Translations under genes and position numbers: made by a program
Source: the human T2T-CHM13v2.0 reference genome, Homo sapiens
NCBI RefSeq assembly: GCF_009914755.1
Contig: NC_060932.1
DNA: 64,000 nucleotides
Reading direction: 5' to 3' (one strand)
Notes under the pieces: model-generated
What the model saw: the letters and a program-made list of their open reading frames with translations, nothing else
Databases searched by the model: none
Told to the model about the DNA's origin: nothing
In this document: piece by piece, positions 1-15,697 of the stretch
Position numbering within the stretch: position 1 is the stretch's first letter
Layout: every line of letters starts with the position of its first letter

Positions 1-879
1 CGGTAAATGTTAATGGCAGGGGCATAACCTCATCCCTGGGGGATCTCTCCTCATTGGCTTACTTTGTTCTCATCTCAAACCTTTCGGAGGCTGGAATCAG
101 GACCTATCCATTCAAATTCCAGATGTGTTACTTGCGCCTAATTGCAGAACTCCTCCCTTTGCTCTGACGCAAACTTAAAGAGCAGGGAGGCTGAGGTTCT
201 GAAAGAACTAAACCTTTGAAATTCCAATGAGAAGATTAAAATGTGAAACCACTTAAGGGCCTGCACTTTGACAGACTGTCTGTCGGTGTGACTCAGCCAT
301 CTGATCTTCCTGGGCCTGAAGGAAAAGACATTTTTGTCCTTCCCTCAGGTAGATAACTCACTTCCTTGAAACACGTCACTGTTGTGGAAAAGTGGGTTTG
401 AAGAAAATCATTCTTGACATCTCTATTTGGCAGCAGTGTTTCTACAGTGCTACTATTCATCCTTGATGCAAAATTGTGTGTTTTGATCTTGGCCCTACCC
501 TCAATGACAAAATTTCGAAGAGATAGAAAACTAGGCTAGAGTTTCCCTAGTTACGAGATTTGCAAATGTGTAATGGAGTTGAATCTTCAAGGCGTGCTCT
601 TCCATCAAGCTACATAACCCCAAAGGCACCATGTCTGGGAAGCCACCCACAGTGATTTTACACACTTGTCGTAATATGAATGTGAGCACACACCGTGCAC
701 CAGTCACCCTTTTGCAATGAAATACAGGATTACAATTAAATAACATACTTTTATGAAACACAAATGATCACCACTTGCTTTTTAAATGAGAAATAACAAA
801 AGTTGAGACCAGAAGTAAAGAACTGCCGTATGTAAGCACCAGTTAGGGGCTACTTCCTTTGAAGCCTCAAGGGCAGCCA

Positions 880-1085
880 GTGAGAGCAGACAGAACAGAA
901 ACTTTGAAGCCAGACAGACTAGAGTTTCAATCCTGAAGCAGATCAATTTCTCCGCGCGACCTCAGGCAAATCACTGGATTTCTCTGAGCTGAAGTTTCCT
1001 CATCTATTTAAATAATCCTTTTCTGGGGTCATCACAAGGCAAGATCACATGTCCTCACACAGGGTGAACAATTCATCAACAGTGC
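880..1085 (+). mobile_element. MIR SINE (diverged)
   Basis: MIR core-like: tttgaagccagacagactagagtttcaatcc...tctctgagctgaagtttcctcatct; boundaries approximate. Confidence 0.7.
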
Positions 1086-1219
1086 TTTCCCTTCTTTCTT
1101 GGAATTCAAATGGACTAGGGTGAGGGAGTGGTCACTGTTATTTGCATAGGCATGGGGGGAGGCAAGAAGCTTGGGGGAAAGGGAGAATGTGCAGTGTGCT
1201 CTGCCCCACTGAGGGAAGG

Positions 1220-1584
1220 TGTATTAGCCTGTTCTCATGCTGCTATAAAGGACTGCCCAAGACTGGATGATTTATAAAGGAAAGAGGTTTAATTGACTCA
1301 CAGTTCCGCATGGCTCAGGAGGCCTCAGGAAACTTACAATCATGGCAGAAGGGGAAGCAAACATATCCTTTGACGGCAGGAAGAAGTGCCAAGCAAAAGG
1401 GGGAAAAGCCCTTTATAAAACCATCAGATCTTGTGAGAACTCACTCACTATCACGAGAACAGCATGAGGGTAACTGCCCCCATGGTTCAATGACCTCCCA
1501 CCAGGACCCTCCCACGACACATGGGGATTATGGGAAGTACAATTCAAGATGAAATTTGGGTGGAAACACAGCCAAACCACACCA
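1220..1584 (-). mobile_element. THE1 (THE1D-like) MaLR solo LTR
   Basis: tgtattag...aaaccacacca termini, THE1 body, perfect 5-bp TSD GAAGG (1215-1219 / 1585-1589). Confidence 0.92.
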
Positions 1585-1863
1585 GAAGGGAAATCTCAGA
1601 AGAACCCAGAATTTGGGCTCCCCTGGACTTTGTCCCTGGTGCAATCCTTCTACACTTTAAACTGCAGAGCATCCTATCCAAGGACTCCTTTCTGAGGCTC
1701 CTCCTGCCCAGGACATCTGAGTGTCCCTGAACACTCTCCTCTCAGATCACTGCAGCTCTCAGGGTCCTGGCTCCTCTTTTTCTTCTTGTGGGTTTAAAAA
1801 AAACAATTCTAAAGAAGAACAGAGGTTTTCTGTTTTATCTTCACACATAACCAGAGAAAGACT

Positions 1864-2285
1864 TGCTATGGTTTGAGTATTTGATGCCTCCAAACCTCAT
1901 AGTGAAATCTGATCCCCAATGTTGGAGGTAAGGCCTGATGGGGGTGTTTGGGTCATGGAAGCAGATTCCTCATGAATAGCTTGGTGATGTCCTATGGTCA
2001 TAAGTGAGTTCTCGCTCAATTAGTTCCGGTGAGAGCTGGTTGTTAAAAAGAGCCTGGCCCCTCCCCACCATCTCTCTCTTGCTTACTCTCTCTATGTGAT
2101 CTCTGCATATGCCAGCTCCCTCAACCTTCCACCATGAGTGGAAGCAGGCTGAAGCCTTAACCAGATACAGATGTCAGCACCATGCTTCCTATAGCCTGCA
2201 GAACTGTGAACCAAATAAACCTCTTTTCTTTATAAATTACCCAGCCTTAGGTATTCCTTTATAGCAACACAAATGGACTAAGACA
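1864..2285 (+). mobile_element. MST (MSTB-like) MaLR solo LTR
   Basis: tgctatggtttg start; aataaacctcttttctttataaattacccag...ggactaagaca end. Confidence 0.88.
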
Positions 2286-2770
2286 GAACCTAACAGTATT
2301 TTATTTCTTGTTTTCCCTTTCTCATCCTCCTTGCCCTCCTCCCTGACTCATCGGTTTTTCTTGATTTTTCATCTGCTTTTAAATGAACAGGGCTGGTGTT
2401 CCCAGTTGAGGACCCAGGCAAGCACATGTAGTGTGTGTCTATGTGGGGGCTGCTCACATCCGCCCACAGTTCCTGCTTCAGCTACTTCTTCCATGGTTTC
2501 CCTTCCCTCAGTGGGGCAGAGTACACAGCACATTCTCCCTTCCCCCACGCCTCTTGCCTCCCCACATGCCTACCCAAATAACAGAGACCACTCCCCAGCT
2601 CCAGCCCTCCCCACCCTCCCATGCCTCTTCAGCCACTTAGGGGAAGGTGTGGATCTCCACAAGCTGTGAAATGAGAAAGTCAGTTGCTATATACCCATGA
2701 AAATGTAGATGACAGCAGTGAGACTCAAAGAGTTTCAATGGCATAACTTGATAGTTGCAAAAGAGAGCTG

Positions 2771-3226
2771 TGTAGTGAGTAAATGGTGGTCTCCCAAAAT
2801 ACATACGTCCCTGTCTCAGAACCTGTGAATGTGGCTTTTTTGGAAGACGTGTCTTTGCAGATGTAATTAAATTAAGGATCTCACGGTGAGAGCATTCTGA
2901 GTTATGCAGGTGGGCCCTAAATCCAGTGATGAGGCCCTTATAAGAGTGAGGCAGAGGGAGATTATGCAGACAAAAGAAAAGGCTGTGTGAAGAAGGAGGC
3001 AGAGACTAGAGTGATGTGGCCATAAGTCAAGGGACACCTGGAGCCACCAGAAGCTGGAAGAGGCAAGACAGACAGAATCTCCCAGAGCCTCCAGAGGGAG
3101 CACGGCCCTGCCAACACCTTGATTTCACACTTCTGGCCTCCAGGACTGCGAGAGAATGCTTTTCTGTAATTTCAAGCCACCAACTTTATGGTAATTTGTT
3201 ACAGTAGCCCTAGACAATCAATATGA
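2771..3226 (+). mobile_element. MLT1 (MLT1C-like) MaLR solo LTR
   Basis: gtctttgcagatgtaattaa, ccaccagaagctggaagaggcaag, ggtaatttgttacag motifs. Confidence 0.85.
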
Positions 3227-3612
3227 GAGCCTTGAAATCCAGCTCTGTTGCTTATAATGATAAACTATACCATCCCATACCATGACATCAGGACCACAGT
3301 AGCTTTAGAAAGGAATAGGGTCAAGCCCTTAGACCTCAGCCTCATCTGCCTTGCCTTCCCCATGAGCAAGTGAAACCCAACAAACAAAAACCATTGGCTT
3401 TTCTGAGAGAGATCAGCCCAAATTGTAGGCTGAGCAAAAGTTCAAGGGCCCCTGAAGGAGACAAAGAGTCTGCATGGATGTTTGACATAATCAAACCATT
3501 CCTCTGCATAAACGGGGAGAGCCGCAGAGCATAGCTCACTGCAAATTGAGAGAGGACTGATTCCTTCCAGGCAATTACTTGAGCAAACACCAACTATTAA
3601 GTAATTATCTCA

Positions 3613-3941
<329 letters not shown>

Positions 3942-4537
3942 AATGATCTCAAGAACACCCACTCTCTATTTGCTTTTCAAAAGCTTCATTCATACACATC
4001 TGAAAGGATAAAGCAAGTTTGCTCTTCCTAAAATATATGAGCCAGGATCATTTCCTGCACCTTTTTTCTATCCTATCACATCTTTTCTCCAGGTTCCCTG
4101 GTGGCCTCAAGTCAATTTCAACTCCTAAGCAGGAGGCTCTGCAATCACATGAACATCACCCTCCTGCCACTCCTGGCTGTTGCCTGTGAGCAGCTACAAA
4201 GGCTCATCAGCCCACGTATTGCCACTGTCTCCTCCTACCTCAAAAACTCTTCTTTAAAGGGTGCTGGTATTTGAAACCTGTTCTGAATAGCTCTGTGGCA
4301 AAACCTCAGCCTTTGTCTCTGGGTATAGTGGCCATGGACTACAATGGGGAAAATCCTGGAGGCAAGAGAGCTAGGTGTTCATTGCAGCAGTCAAGATGAT
4401 TTGGGTGGCAAAGAACAGAAAATTCTGGGTCAAAATGGCTTAACCACTAAGCAATGTATTAGCTCACACAACCGGGAGCTCAGAAGTGAGTGGCGGCAAG
4501 CCAGGTAAAAATCAGCTGCTCAAGATGTCATCGTGGA

Positions 4538-4858
<321 letters not shown>

Positions 4859-4872
4859 AAGATATTATCATG

Positions 4873-5196
4873 GGCTAGGCTCAGTGGCTCATGCCTGTAA
4901 TCCCAGCACTTTGAGAGGCAGAGGTGGCTGGCTGATCACCTAAGGTCAGGAGTTCAAGACCAGCCTGGTCAACATGTTGAAACCCCATCTTCACTAAAAA
5001 TGCAAAAATTTAGCCATGCGTGATGGTGCCATGTGCACCTATAATCCAAGCCACTCAGGCAGGAGGCTGAGGCAGGCGAATCACTTTAACCCAGGAGGCG
5101 GAGGTTGCAGCGATCCAAGATCGCCCCACTGCACTCCAGCCTGGGTGACAGAGCGAGACTCTGTCTCAAAAAAAAAAAAAAAAAAAAACAAAAACA
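4873..5196 (+). mobile_element. AluS
   Basis: Dimeric Alu; 14-bp TSD aagatattatcatg / aagagattatcatg. Confidence 0.95.
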
Positions 5197-5594
5197 AAGA
5201 GATTATCATGGACCCAAATTCTTTTCATTTCTCTGCTGAGCTTTCCTCAGAGTCAACTTCACCCTAGGCTGGTTTCTTGATTGATTGTGATAGTTACCAG
5301 TCCAAATGAGATTTACATATGTCCTCACTTAGGTCTGGATGGAGAGTACAACAGGGAAATGTCTCCACTGACGATGGGCTACATCCTTCCTTTCAGGCTG
5401 ACTGAGCTGATTTAGGTCATGAGTCCACCTTGACCAGTAACAGTCACCAGGGCAATACCCTATGAGATTGGCTTAGACTTCTCACTTTTCTCCTTTTGAG
5501 CTGAGAGTAGTTCATGAGTAGAGCTCGCTAAGCTAAGGTTCTGATAGGAAAGAGAAATTGTATCATGAACACTGGGTACATAAAGTTTCCAGTG

Positions 5595-5765
5595 TGCTAG
5601 TCCTGGCTCTGTACCTTGCTAGTTACATGATCTTGAGCAAGTCATTTGACCCCTTTGACTTTTGCATTGAAATTTAAAAAGTAGAGTGATGTCTGCCCAC
5701 AGAAGGATCAAAAGAGGTGGTGAAAATAAAAGCACTTTTTAAACTGTAAGTTCTGTACAAAAGAG
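5595..5765 (+). mobile_element. MIR (MIRc/MIR3-like)
   Basis: cctggctctgtaccttgctagttacatgatcttgagcaagtcattt...aaactgtaag. Confidence 0.6.
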
Positions 5766-5888
5766 ACACACAGGATTGGTCTCTCCCACTGTCCTCAGCT
5801 CATGGTGCACAGATATGCCCCAGTACAAAAGGTGCCTACTCTCACCACACCCCAGACTCCAAAGCATTTAGCAAAACAGGCCTGGGAG

Positions 5889-6070
5889 TAGAGTTACCAG
5901 ATTTAGCAAGTAGAAATACAGGATGCCTAGTTACATCTAAATTTCAGATAAGTAATTTTTAGTGTGAAGTATGCCCCAAATATTGCATGGGATATATACT
6001 AAAAAATGATTCACTGTTTATCTGACATTCAAATGTAACTGAGCATCCTGTATTTCATGTGGCAACTCTA
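5889..6070. mobile_element. MER53 palindromic hAT MITE, complete
   Basis: TIRs tagagttacca / tggcaactcta, near-palindromic body, perfect 8-bp TSD CCTGGGAG (5881-5888 / 6071-6078). Confidence 0.92.
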
Positions 6071-6219
6071 CCTGGGAGAGGCCTGGCCAAAAACAAGTCC
6101 TGGCCTGAACTTCTGTGCTGGTTTCTATTCTCTTTTTCATTTAACCCCTGGTTGGTGTCTTTCTCAGCAATTCTCACCCTGATCACTCCCACTTCTGATG
6201 TTCCCCCTAAAACCAGGAT

Positions 6220-7185
<966 letters not shown>

Positions 7186-7293
7186 ATGCATAGATATGCA
7201 AATGAATAGGCACAAACACTTTCTAGGTCTGCCGTCCAATTTGGTAGCCAGTGGTCACATGTGGCTCTCAAGCACTTAAAATGGTGCCAGTCC

Positions 7294-7338
7294 TTTAGAT
7301 CCTGAGGCAGAACTTAGAAAAGAAAAAAAGAAAAAAAT
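7294..7338 (+). mobile_element. Micro retro-insertion (~23 nt plus A-rich tail)
   Basis: Flanked by perfect 16-bp direct repeat aaaatggtgccagtcc (7278-7293 / 7339-7354). Confidence 0.8.
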
Positions 7339-7394
7339 AAAATGGTGCCAGTCCAAATTGGATTGTGCTGTAAGTGTAAAATATACACCAGATT

Positions 7395-7528
7395 GCCTGT
7401 AATCCCAGCACTTTGGGAGGCCGAGGCAGGTGGATCACGAGGTCAGGAGATCAAGACCATCCTGGCTAACACGGTGAAACCCTGTCTCTACTAAAAATAC
7501 AAAAAAATAAAAAAATTAAAAAATACAT
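7395..7528 (+). mobile_element. AluY-type left monomer only
   Basis: gatcacgaggtcaggagatcaagaccatcctggctaacacggtg; TSD atatacaccagatt (7381-7394 / 7529-7542). Confidence 0.9.
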
Positions 7529-9810
7529 ATATACACCAGATTTAGTCTTAGCTGAAAGAAAGGAATGTAAAATATCTCATAAATAATTTTTATATTATGT
7601 TTTGAAATAATATTTTAGATACATGGGTTAAATAAAATATTTTATTAAAATTAATTGTACCCGCTTATTTTTCCTTTACTTGATGTGGCTACTAGAATAT
7701 TTTAAAGCATATACTTGGCTTATATTTGCAGCTCATGTTCTAGTTCTGTGCATTCTATTTCTATTGGGCAGCACTGCTTCAGACCACAGACTGCTAGGCC
7801 CATGGGATGAGGATGCTTTGAACACTAGCAACCTATAGACCAGACTCTGTGTGTGTTCTTTCTCTGCCTTCTGTCTCAGGCCCAGAACTTTGGGTGACAA
7901 AGGTGACTCTTTGGCATCTCTTTCACTAAAGAAGTGGGACCCATGGTTTAATCTATGGCAAGGCATCTACCATAATAAAGAAAAGACACCTAAATAGAAT
8001 GACTGCTTCATAGCAAGTATACATACAGTAAAGGTCAGCTAATACTGTTGTTGGTTTTATTTTTGCTGTTATTATTTATCTTTGTCCTACTCATCCAGTG
8101 GATTATAAACGACTAAGGGGAAGGTATCATGTCTTCACCTTCATTTATAACTCATCAAGTCTAGAGTTCCCTGCACATCCTTTACCATCTTTGAAGGTAA
8201 ATGACTGATCAACCAGCAGCCTCCCTCTCCATCATAGTAGCTTCAGGGCAAAGCCAAACAGAATTGACTCAGCCTTAAAATGTCAAATGAATCATGATGC
8301 CAAAATGATTTATATCCACCTTAGAATACTGTTAATTCAGGCCACCTCAGCTGGCTTGCCTTTGACCTCCTGGGAGTCTGAGATTACATTTATTAACCTG
8401 AGATGGGAACTGGTCTTAAGAGTTCTCAGTAACCTATTAGGGTAAGAAGAACTTCGAAACCTAGGGTGGGTCACAGCCTTCTCCCTGACAATGAGGCCTG
8501 ACCCAGGAACTCCACAGAAAGGTTTTTGGGGGAATCATTTGGGCATGGGGCCTGGGATGCGGAAGGGGAAGTTGGGAGGGAGGACTGATCTGAAGAACAT
8601 GTGGGCGTACGAAGTCTCCCTACATTGATCACAACTCTTGAGTTACATATTTGTACCAATGTGGGAAGTTCAACCAAAAAGGAAGATTTCTCTGGAGATC
8701 CCCATGCATATGCCAGCGTCACTCATATTTTTTGTTCTTAAGCTTTCCCTGCCCGTAGAAGCTTTAATCTGTAACTTCTTCCTGTTTGCTTGTTTCTCAG
8801 GATTATACCTCCTTCTACCCTAGAGGGAGTGATGAGTCCTTCCTCGTTCACAGTCACTCAAACGAGGAAGCAAGCTTCAGTGCATTTTCTGGAAGAAGCA
8901 TCTTTTAAATTCATCTTTGAGGATGAGACATTTCTCACTGTCATTTATCAGTGTCGACATCTAAGATTGACTGAGCCAGGTGAATTTGTTCCTTGTAGTG
9001 CACAGAAAATAAATCTGAGGGGTAACAATCCTTATGTTGCCAGGACTATCCCCAAAATTATGCTCACCCCATAGGTAGGTTTCCTGCCACAGTCTTACAA
9101 AGTTAACCGCCCTGGAATTCATTAAAATATTTAAACGCTTTGCTGAAAAGGGCAAGTGATGGGCCTCAGGCTGACACAACAAAAGGGGTTGTTTGGAAGT
9201 GAATATTCCAGATTCTTCCTTCGCAGAAGATCTGAAGTGTTAATCTTATCACAGGAAGGATGCAGAGAACTTGAAGGAACTTCATAGCCTGATTATTTGG
9301 CTCAGGAGAAGCAACACTTCAGCCAAAATTTTATATTCCATCGCTACTCTTCATGGAGCATGAGTTTCCAAAGTCAAACTGCATGAGATCCAGCAGAGAT
9401 TAATTAACTACCCACCAGGCGAAGCAGCCTACAGGTCTGCATCCAAACTGCATTGTTGCATATCTTTTTCTCCCTAGCCTAAGTAAGAAGTCTTCATATA
9501 AAACTCAATTAATTAGATTTGAATTTTTAGTTAAAATAATTTCAATTGAACAACTTAGTGAAGAAACAAGCAAAGTGTACATTTCAACAAATGATCTTAA
9601 ATTAAAAAAAGGAAAAGTTACACACACCAAATATAGATACATATATTTACCCTCAATAGTAATCAAGGAATGCACATATGATATGGTATTTTCTTAACTA
9701 TCAAATATAAAAAAAAAAATCTACTATTGGCCAAAGTATGGGAAAGTAGGCATTTTCATTTACTGCTTTTGGGAATGTAAGTTGGTATAAGCTTTTGGGA
9801 AGAGAATTAG

Positions 9811-10884
9811 TGTTACCAAACTGAATTTGGGTCCACCCACCCAGTGCAGCAAAGCAAGCACTGATATTGGGATTGCAGTGAGAGAAAGTGAGGCACTTAT
9901 TGCCGGGCACCAGCAAGGAGAATCAGGTAGCTCGTGCTTAACACCTGAGTCCCCATGGCTTATAGGTAAGGGTTTTTAAAGGCAGAAGTTATAAATCATA
10001 AATCAATTCATGGAGGCTATACATTGGTTTGATCTAAAAAGCTGGGACATCTTGAAATGGGGGCTTACAGGTCATAGGTGAATTTAAAGATTTTCTGATT
10101 TGCAACTGGTTAAGAAAGCAAAGCTTTGTCTAAAAATTTGAGATCAGCAGAAAAGAATGTTAGCTCAGCCAGGCACAGCAACTCACGCCTGTAATCCCAG
10201 CACTTTGGGAGGCTGAAGCGGGCAGATCACTTGAGGACAGGCGTTTGAGACCAACCTAGCTAACATGCTGAAATCCCATCTCTACTACAAAATATTAATA
10301 CAAAAAAAATTAGCCAGGCATGGTGGCATGTGCCTGTAATCCTTGCTACTCCAGTGGCTGAGGCACAGGAATCACTTGAATCTGGGAGACGGAGGTTGCA
10401 GTGAGCCAAGATCACATCACTGCACTCCAGCCTGGGCAACAGAGTGAGACTCTGTTTATTAAAAAAAAAAAAAAAAAAAAAAAGAATGTTAGCTCTGGCT
10501 CTCATGGGCATGACCTCCTCCAGACCCCTTATGAACAAATTTAGACAAAGAATAGTGGGCAGTCAGAGATCACTCCTGGTTCCCCCTTATCTATGGTCTA
10601 TGTGCCAGCAAACCCATTTGATGGGGGTCTGGGTTTTTTAAAAAACAATTCAGGGATATATGTTAAGATGTTGTCTTTAGTTTCCATAGAAAACCAAACA
10701 TCTTGTGACTCTAACTTCCTTGGCTATTGCTTTAAGCTACTATTACCTTCTTGCTTATCAAGTTGTTCCTTTACTTCTCAGGGCTAGCTGTAATTTCCCT
10801 TTAAGGAACTCAAGATTTTCCTTTATTTCCATGTTTGTGGGGGTTGTCCAACAGATCCCTAGGAGGGGTCCATGCTCCGTCTCA
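9811..10884 (-). mobile_element. MER39-family ERV1 solo LTR (with Alu insertion)
   Basis: tgttacc...gtctca termini; reverse complement closely parallels the copy at 31393-32163 (aaaatcttgagttcctt, gataagcaagaaggtaa). Confidence 0.85.
10167..10479 (+). mobile_element. AluS
   Basis: Perfect 16-bp TSD aaaagaatgttagctc (10151-10166 / 10480-10495). Confidence 0.95.
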
Positions 10885-13800
10885 TTTGCAACATTCCAGA
10901 AGCCTTAAAATATATCTATTATTTGGCCTAGCAATTCCTCTTTCAGGAATTTATCCTAAGAAACGATTTTTTAAATTAAACATTATATATAAAGATATTA
11001 AGCAGTATTTATAACAGTAAAAATGGAGCCAACCAGAATGTTCAATAACAAGACACTGATTAAAATAACTAATGGAACATTATGATGAAATTCTATCATT
11101 AAAAAATAATACTGAAAGCAATTTGTTACTGGTAATGATGTAATACCTTGAATCAACTAATCATTGTACCAAAAACAATTAGAAACTCTGAGGCAAAATG
11201 TTGTTTCAAAAGATTGCTGTTTGAAGTCTTGTCCAGCATGTAAGGAGCTCAGAAGTTATCACTCCCATTCTCACACAAGAAAAAGTCTGACCAAACTGTA
11301 AATCAACAACTCTTTCCATATCCACCAGGAAATTGAAGTCACTGATTCCCCGCAAAATTGAAAAGACAGACAGGTAGATACATAGAATCAGAACTCAATG
11401 AAGCAGAAGCCAGGAAACAGAAGTCTCCATGGGAACCAGTACTGAAGAAAGAAATTCTAAAATGTAATTGACAAATTGCTGGAGGCTCAGTGTGGACAAA
11501 TCTGAGAGTTAAAAACTCTGGGAGGTAGGTGCAGACAGTCTTAGTGGGGGTCACTGCAGTTGTGTGCATTTTATCTCCTGGAGCCCTACTAGGATCTCAC
11601 AATGAACATTAGAGAAAAATTCAATCCCCTCATGTTTTTGGCAGAGGGTAGGGGGGAAAGTAGCCCCCTTTTATTGAAATATGCTCAGGGCACTCTGTTA
11701 TTCTTAATAAGGCCTGCCCTCAACAAAAATTATTTTACCAGAGCCTAGCCAACAGAAGTTCCACTGAAACCTAACCAACCAATGGGGGGAAAAATACCCA
11801 ACTTCAGCCAGCTCTAGACTTACATGAGGTAGAAGAGAAATACCCAACTGTAGCTCACTTTAGCCTTCCTGCCTCACCTAAAGGAAGGGCCACAAAACTA
11901 AGAAGCACCTGTGAAGGTTACAGCTCAGGGGCACATGCTCACTGAAAAATTAAAACCTAATCATAGGAATATGGAAAACTACCCCTAGATTTTTTTCATA
12001 TTCAAAACAAAGACAAAGAGAAAACCTTGAAAGAAGCTGAGGAGGAGGAGGTGGACACCTTGCAAGCAGGAAGACAGTGGGGTAAAATATTTGAAGTAGT
12101 AAGAAAAAAAAAGAAAACCACCAACCTAAAATTCTATGTCCAGCAAAATTATCCTTCAAAAGTGAAAGAGAAATAAAGACTTTCCCAGACAAAAAAAATT
12201 CAGAAAATTTCTCACCAGTAAACCTGCTTTGCACGAAATGTTTAAAAAAATTCTACAGAGAGAAGAAAATTAATATAGGTCATAAACTTAAATCTACATA
12301 AATAATGGAAAAGTGGAAGAGAATAAACAAATAAAGGTAAGATAAAAATCTTTTTCTTTGTTATTCTTAGTTGATCTAGCAGATAAAATTCATTGAAAAT
12401 AATAATAGCAACAAATATATTCAGTGATGATAGCTTACGGATAAGTGAAATGAATGAGAGCAATGTCAATATGAGATGAAAAGGAGGATGTGAGAATGCT
12501 CTGTTATGAGGTACTTGCACTACACTTGACATGGCATTGTTATATGAAAGAGGACTTTGATTAATTGTAAATGTATATTGCAAACTCAAGAGCATTCACT
12601 AAAAAACATTTTTTTAAATATAATTGGAAGAGAAGAGAAATAGAATCACATGAAATGTTTAATAAAAATGAGGGAAGACAGAAAAGGAGAAGATTTAACA
12701 AAAATGTCAAGAGAAATAACTAGAAAACAACAACAGACATGATATATATTAATCAAACTATATCAATAATCACTTTAAACGTCAATGATCTGGATAAACC
12801 AATTAAAAGACAGAAGTTGCCAGAGTGAAACACAAAACAAGACCCAAATATTTATGTGGTCTATGAGAAACTCACTTTAAATGTAAAGACACCGATCAAA
12901 GGTAAAGAAACGGAGAAAGGCATAGCATGCTAATAGTATTCAAAAGAAGGATGGAGTACTTACTATATTAATTTCAGATAGAGAAGACTTCAGAGCAAGG
13001 GAAATTATCAGAGATAAAGAGAGGCATTATATTAATGATTAAATGGTCAATTATCCAAGAAAACATAATAATCTTCAATGCATGCACCTAAGAACAGAGA
13101 ATCAAAATGTGTGAGGCAAAAACCCATAGAACTGCAAGGAGAAATAGATGAAACCATTATTCTAGTTGGACTTCAACACCCCATTATTGGAAATTTATAG
13201 ATTCAGCAGGCAGAAAATCAGTAAGGACATAACTGAACTCAGTAGCATCATCAATCAACTAAATATGATTGACACCTACACAAAACTTCATCTAACAACA
13301 GAATACACCTTCTTCTGAAGCTCACAAAAAACAGTCATCAAGGAAAGCCACATTCTGAGCCATAAAACACACTCTCACAAATTTAAAAGAATAAAAATTA
13401 CGCAAAGAATGCCCTCAGACCACAAACTTTGGAAAATCCCAAAGCACTTTGTAATGAAACAATATACTTCCAAATAACACATGCACCAAAGGAGAGTATC
13501 AAAATAAATTTGAAAATAGTTTGAAGTAAATAAAAATGAAAATACAACTTATCAAAATTAGGGCAAATGCAGTGAAAGCATGGCTTAGAGAAATGTATAG
13601 CATCAAATGCATATATTAAAAAAGAAAGATTTAAAACATCTAAAATCAATCATCTAAACTTCCACCTTACAAAACTGGAAAAGCAAGTAAATGTACTTCA
13701 TAAAATAATAAAGAATATAAATGCAAAAAAGAAACTAGAAAAAAGAGACTAGAAAAAAGAGCCTATTAAATTCAAAGTAAGCAAGAAAAAAATAAAAATT

Positions 13801-14766
13801 AGAGCAGAAGTCTATGAAATTGAAAACAAGAAGTCGTTAGAAAAAATCACCAAAACCAAAACACTTTCCTTGAATGTATCAATTATATTGATAAGCTTCT
13901 AGCCAGGTTTGCTAAGAAAAAAAAGAGCAGGCACAAATAACTAATTTCAAAGTTGAAAGAGGAGCCATCACTACAGATCTTCTGGACATTAAGATAATAA
14001 ATATTTTTAACAACTCTATGCTGACAGATTTAGTAACCTCAGTGAGGTGAACCTTGAAAGCCAAATCTACCAAAACTCACACAATGATAAGTAGATAATC
14101 TGAATAGGCACATATCTATTAAAAAGTAGAATTAATAACTAATAATCCTTCAAAACAGAAATTACCAGACCCAGATGAGTACCCTGGTGAATTTTATCAA
14201 ACATTTAATGATAATAATTAAGGAAGAAATTACATCAATTCTCTACAATCACCTCCAGAACATAGAAGCAGAGGAAATACTTGCTAATTCATTCTATGAG
14301 GTTAGTACTACGCCTAATACCAAAACTGAAGACATTACAAGAAAGAAAAACTATAAACCAATATCTCTTATGAGCATAAATGCAAAAATCCTCAACAAAA
14401 TTTTAGCATATTGAATCCAACAATGTATACAAATAATTATATACAATGACCAAGTGGGATTTATTTCAGATATGCAAGGCTGGCTCCTCATTCCAAGGTC
14501 AGTTGATGCGATCTGTCACATCATTAGTCTGAAGAACAATAATCACATAATCATATAAATACATGCAGAAAAAGCATTTGACAATATCCAACTCCCATTC
14601 ATCATAAAAACTCTCAACAAACTAGAAGTAGATAAAAACTCCCTCAACTTGATAAAGAACATCCATAAGAAAACTACAAATAACATCATACTTAATGGTG
14701 AGAAATAGATGCTTTTCTAAGATCAAGAACAAGGCAAGAATGTCCACTCTCACCTAGTCAATATCA

Positions 14767-15103
<337 letters not shown>

Positions 15104-15377
15104 ATCCTAGCTAATTCAAGAAGACTAGGAAAATAAATAAAAGACATTTACTTCCCAATATATGACATATTGGTAAGTAAGAAATAAAACCATCTTTGTT
15201 CACAGATGACATGATCATCTATATAGAAAATCTCCAAACCAAAAAAACTCATGGAACTAATAAGTGATTACAGCAAAGTTGCAAGATACAAAGTTAATAT
15301 GCAAAAGTCTATTGCTTTCTTATATACTAGCAAATGTGAATAAAGTATGGACATTAGTTAAAAATAATAACATACAC

Positions 15378-15697
<320 letters not shown>

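Larger units (their letters stand above)
7229..7776 (-). mobile_element. MER33 hAT-Charlie DNA element carrying two small insertions
   Basis: Termini ctgccgtccaat / attgggcagcactg; gtgctgtaagtgtaaaatatacaccagatt and gaatgtaaaatatctcat motifs. Confidence 0.85.
9640..11110 (+). mobile_element. Ancient L1ME-type 3' fragment split by MER39
   Basis: tgggaatgtaagttggtataa...[LTR]...ctagcaattcctctttcaggaatttatcctaag; approximate ends. Confidence 0.65.
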
